Source: Lentisphaerota bacterium
GTDB taxonomy: Bacteria > Verrucomicrobiota > Lentisphaeria > Victivallales > UBA1829
Length of the DNA: 64,000 bases
Assembly (NCBI GenBank): GCA_015061915.1
Contig: SUVR01000001.1
Coordinates: 156,991 to 220,990, forward strand
Direction: 5' to 3'
Position numbers and translations under genes: made by a program. Below are positions 61,289-64,000 of the stretch, piece by piece. Under the pieces are notes generated by a model. That model saw nothing but the letters and a program-made list of their open reading frames with translations. It was not told the origin of the DNA and made no database searches. How positions within the stretch are numbered: the stretch's first letter is position 1; every line of letters begins with the position of its first letter.

Positions 61289-63277
61289 TTATTTTCTGCC
61301 GAAACGGTGTTCGATCTCGTTCAAAGAAATATTCAGGACAGTTGGTCTGCCGTGGGGACAGGAGAAAGGCAGTTCGCACTTGCCCAGCTCCCGGATCAGG
61401 GCATCACATTCTTCCAGAGTCAGTTTATCGTGTGCCTTGACAGCCGCTTTACAGGCAGCCGTGGCAATGGCGTGTACCTGAAGATGTTGAGCAGAACCCC
61501 GTTCGGCGAGACGGGAAAGCATATCCGTAAACATTCCGCCGGCGTTGTCTTGAGAGAGTGCGGCGGGGATGGCGTTCAGCTTTACGGTCAGGTCGCCGAA
61601 GGGATCGATCTCGAATCCGGCTTTCTCAAATTCCCGGATGTTGCGGATGACAAACTGCATATCAGCCCGGGAGAGTTCGATCGTAATGGGGAACAGCAGT
61701 TTCTGGGAGAGGGAGCCATCCGTTCCCCGCAGGATTTTTTCAAAAAGGACCCGTTCGTGGGCAGCGTGCTGGTCGATCAGCACCAGACCATTGGCAATGA
61801 CGCCGATGATGTAGGAATTTTCCATGATTCCCAGCACCCGCAGTTTGTAGGAATCGAAAAGCATCTGGTCCTGCGTCTTTTTTGCGGCGGGAAAATCGTG
61901 CAGATCGTCCGGCGGGAAGGGCAGTACATCCGGTTCCTGCCGCGGTTCGGAGAGGATTTCCGGGGTCAGGTCAAAATAGCGTACCGGCTCTGAAGGTTCG
62001 GCGGGTGCAGCTTCTTTCTGCTTCATCAGTTCGGAAAGAGTGGTCAGCTCCGGCGTACTCCGGGCAGTTCCCTGTACGTGATATTCCACCAATGCCTGTT
62101 TCATCAGCACGCCCAGATCGGTATAATCCGTCGGACGGGGCAGGTTCGTATCCTCTCCGGGACGGAAATCCGGATAGAGCGATTGAGCCGTTTTTGTGCC
62201 GGGCAGTTCTTTTGCATCACCGGTTGGAAAATAGGGCGAATGGTACGGTTGCGGCGTGTGTTCGGGTTGAGGGATCACCGGATCCGCCGCCCGGAGAGCA
62301 GCTGTCACCGCAGAACGGACCACAGCCGTTACGGCAAAATCATCCCGGAACCGGACTTCCCGTTTTGCCGGATGCACGTTTACATCCACAAATCCAGGAT
62401 CCATAGTCAGAAAGAGGATCGCAACGGGATATTTCCCTTTTTCCAACATGGGACCGAAGCCGTCACGGATACCCCGGAACACGGAGGGCGATTCCACCGG
62501 TCTGCCGTTGACGAATGCCCGCTGTTCGCCCCGGGTGGCTTTTGTGTAGTTTCGGGTGGAAATGTAACCGGAGACCTGCAGCGGCGCAGCCGGATCGGAG
62601 GACTGGACCGGAATCAGGGCATCGGCGCAACTTTTGCCGAAGATCTCCCGGATCCGGGGAAGCAGATCTTTACAGGCAGGCGTGGAAAAGGCGGTTCTGC
62701 CATCCAGTTTCAGCTCAAAAGAGACTTCCGGATGGGCAAGGGAAATATTGGTCATACACTCCACAATGTGCCGTTCTTCCGTGGCGATGGTCTTGAGAAA
62801 TTTTTTCCGTGCCGGATGATTGTAAAACAGATCCCGGATCATCACTTCTGTTCCCGGCGCACAGCCCACCGGTGAGGCGTTGATGGATTTGCCCCCGTGG
62901 ACCACAACCTCAAAACCGCTGTTGTTATCCTTGCGGCGGGTGCGGATGGACATCTTGGAAACGGAAGCGATACTGGGGATGGCTTCCCCGCGGAACCCGA
63001 AGGACTGAATGGCAAAAATATCTTCTTCGTTCCGGATCTTGCTGGTGGCGTGGGATTCAAAACAGAGCATGGCATCATCTTCATCCATCCCGCTGCCGTT
63101 GTCGGTTACGGAGATCAGTTTTCTGCCGGCATCCTCTACCGCCACCATGATCCGGGTCGCTCCGGCATCCAGAGAGTTTTCCACCAGTTCTTTCACGACG
63201 GAAGCCGGGCGCTCTACCACTTCCCCGGCGGCGATCCTGTTCCAGACACTTTCTGAAAGCATATGTATGTGACTCAT
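61289..63277 (-). CDS. mutL: DNA mismatch repair protein MutL (endonuclease type)
   Basis: The N-terminal GHKL motif is IAAGEVVERPASVVKELVENSLDAGA. The C-terminus has DQHAAHERVLFE and CPHGRPT. Confidence 0.95.
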   Translation of the reverse strand: MSHIHMLSESVWNRIAAGEVVERPASVVKELVENSLDAGATRIMVAVEDAGRKLISVTDNGSGMDEDDAMLCFESHATSKIRNEEDIFAIQSFGFRGEAIPSIASVSKMSIRTRRKDNNSGFEVVVHGGKSINASPVGCAPGTEVMIRDLFYNHPARKKFLKTIATEERHIVECMTNISLAHPEVSFELKLDGRTAFSTPACKDLLPRIREIFGKSCADALIPVQSSDPAAPLQVSGYISTRNYTKATRGEQRAFVNGRPVESPSVFRGIRDGFGPMLEKGKYPVAILFLTMDPGFVDVNVHPAKREVRFRDDFAVTAVVRSAVTAALRAADPVIPQPEHTPQPYHSPYFPTGDAKELPGTKTAQSLYPDFRPGEDTNLPRPTDYTDLGVLMKQALVEYHVQGTARSTPELTTLSELMKQKEAAPAEPSEPVRYFDLTPEILSEPRQEPDVLPFPPDDLHDFPAAKKTQDQMLFDSYKLRVLGIMENSYIIGVIANGLVLIDQHAAHERVLFEKILRGTDGSLSQKLLFPITIELSRADMQFVIRNIREFEKAGFEIDPFGDLTVKLNAIPAALSQDNAGGMFTDMLSRLAERGSAQHLQVHAIATAACKAAVKAHDKLTLEECDALIRELGKCELPFSCPHGRPTVLNISLNEIEHRFGRK

Positions 63278-63774
63278 GGCATCCGCTCCTTTTGCTGTCC
63301 GGCAGCTTTCTGTTCGGCAATGATCTTCTGCAAATCACGGAGCTGCTCATCCACGGAAGATTGCGTTTTCTGCAGAAATACGACTGCTCTCCGGATATGT
63401 TTTTCCGCCCGTTCCGGTCGATGCTGCAACAGCATGATCCTGGCAAGCCGCAGTTCCAATTCTGCCAGAAGGATGGTGGAGCCGTTCTCCTGTTCCGCCA
63501 TATTCCGTGCCGCAAGATATTCTTTTGTTGCCGTTTCCAGATTATTTTCCTGCAGATGCCGTTCTGCACGGGCAAGAAGGTCCAGATAACGCTTCTCCAG
63601 CAGAGTCGGCTGCAGATTCACCGGTTCTTTTGTTTGAATGATCATCAACTTGTAGACCGTGACCGCCACCAATGTCAGAACGATGGCGGAAACACAGACG
63701 GCGATAATAGGCATCAAATCGCGCCCCGCCGATTTCAATTTCTGTACTGCACTCTGTTCTTCCGGATGGCTCAT
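63274..63774 (-). CDS. Single-pass membrane protein with a helical (TPR-like) domain, hypothetical
   Basis: The start is the ATG at 63774, which forms an ATGA overlap with the upstream stop. The gene also forms an ATGA overlap with the mutL start. One TM helix is present (MPIIAVCVSAIVLTLVAVTVY). Confidence 0.6.
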   Translation of the reverse strand: MSHPEEQSAVQKLKSAGRDLMPIIAVCVSAIVLTLVAVTVYKLMIIQTKEPVNLQPTLLEKRYLDLLARAERHLQENNLETATKEYLAARNMAEQENGSTILLAELELRLARIMLLQHRPERAEKHIRRAVVFLQKTQSSVDEQLRDLQKIIAEQKAAGQQKERMP

Positions 63775-64000
63775 TTGCAATTTTCCTCCGCTACAACGGT
63801 ATGACAGGCACAGAAATGTTGTTTTTTTATCGGGACCCACGGAGGCAGGATCGTTTTACAGCAGGGCATAGCACAGGAACAGCGGTCACAGAAACGGCAG
63901 CCTTCCGGAAAATCGCCCGGAGCCGGAACGATCCCCGGAATCGTTTGCAGTTCTTTCTTTTTCTCGCCCAGCACCGGAACCGCCGCCAGTAATGCTTTTG
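63771..64000 (-). CDS. Oligopeptide/dipeptide-type ABC ATPase (OppD/DppD-like), C-terminal fragment; 5' end lies outside the window
   Basis: The frame is open to the window edge. The C-terminal segment LQTIPGIVPAPGDFPEGCRFCDRC..AMPCC is typical of the OppD/F C-terminal extension. Confidence 0.7.
   Translation of the reverse strand, partial: KALLAAVPVLGEKKKELQTIPGIVPAPGDFPEGCRFCDRCSCAMPCCKTILPPWVPIKKQHFCACHTVVAEENCK

Noticed and set aside
60191-61993. A 600-aa plus-strand ORF
   Set aside because: It runs antisense across the nadE/mutL boundary in their shared codon phase. Both minus-strand genes carry strong family motifs.
1-64000. tRNA, rRNA, tmRNA, transposase or integrase genes
   Set aside because: The intergenic regions long enough to hold an RNA gene (4216-4502, 12332-12935, 57507-57736) show no T-loop (GGTTCGAAT-like) or cloverleaf of tRNA size. 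No ORF shows DDE-transposase or tyrosine- or serine-recombinase motifs. I could not run tRNAscan-SE or Infernal, so small RNAs cannot be excluded.

Overview
This is a 64-kb window from a moderately GC-rich bacterial chromosome. I call 53 protein-coding genes, two of them cut by the window edges. I found no rRNA, tRNA, CRISPR array, transposase or integrase.

The gene content suggests a glycan-degrading member of the PVC group (Lentisphaerota or Verrucomicrobiota-like). It includes two FAD-dependent oxidoreductases of the glycan-locus type, a DUF4838-like protein, GH2, an AGE epimerase, a GldG/DUF4340 ABC module and PMT/ArnT-like GT-C enzymes. This placement is inference only.

The core content is:
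- rpsT, then a nusA-infB-rbfA-nrnA-truB operon that ends in an unknown 532-aa acidic protein.
- lpxC followed by a tandem double FabZ.
- miaA, manA, argS, aat, ybaK, mraY, a sigma-70 factor, pilD, nadE and mutL.
- A roughly 13-kb minus-strand operon whose genes are joined by overlapping stops and starts. It runs from a GldA/F/G-like ABC module through thiD and a cell-wall amidase into sbcDC.

Nearly all of the longest ORFs in the supplied track are codon-aligned antisense shadows of real genes, and I rejected them.

I cannot point to one clearly novel multi-gene system. The observations most worth follow-up are:
1. An AT-rich islet of about 1 kb with an orphan lipoprotein gene, bracketed by three direct copies of one hairpin. 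It sits next to a compact 117-nt four-way-junction structure.
2. A fusion of an MlaA lipoprotein domain to an alpha/beta hydrolase.
3. A co-oriented cluster encoding a HEAT-repeat protein, a Nif11-like small protein, an FAD oxidoreductase and a PglK-like ABC exporter.
4. A double FabZ protein whose two halves each keep a different canonical motif.
5. A Memo-AMMECR1 fusion with no adjacent radical SAM partner.
6. Two coupled GT-C glycosyltransferases whose second gene overlaps a convergent polyprenyl-phosphate sugar synthase gene by 84 nt.
7. A NadE that appears to have lost the cysteine segment of its glutaminase domain.

All functional calls come from motif recognition by eye. No database search was run.
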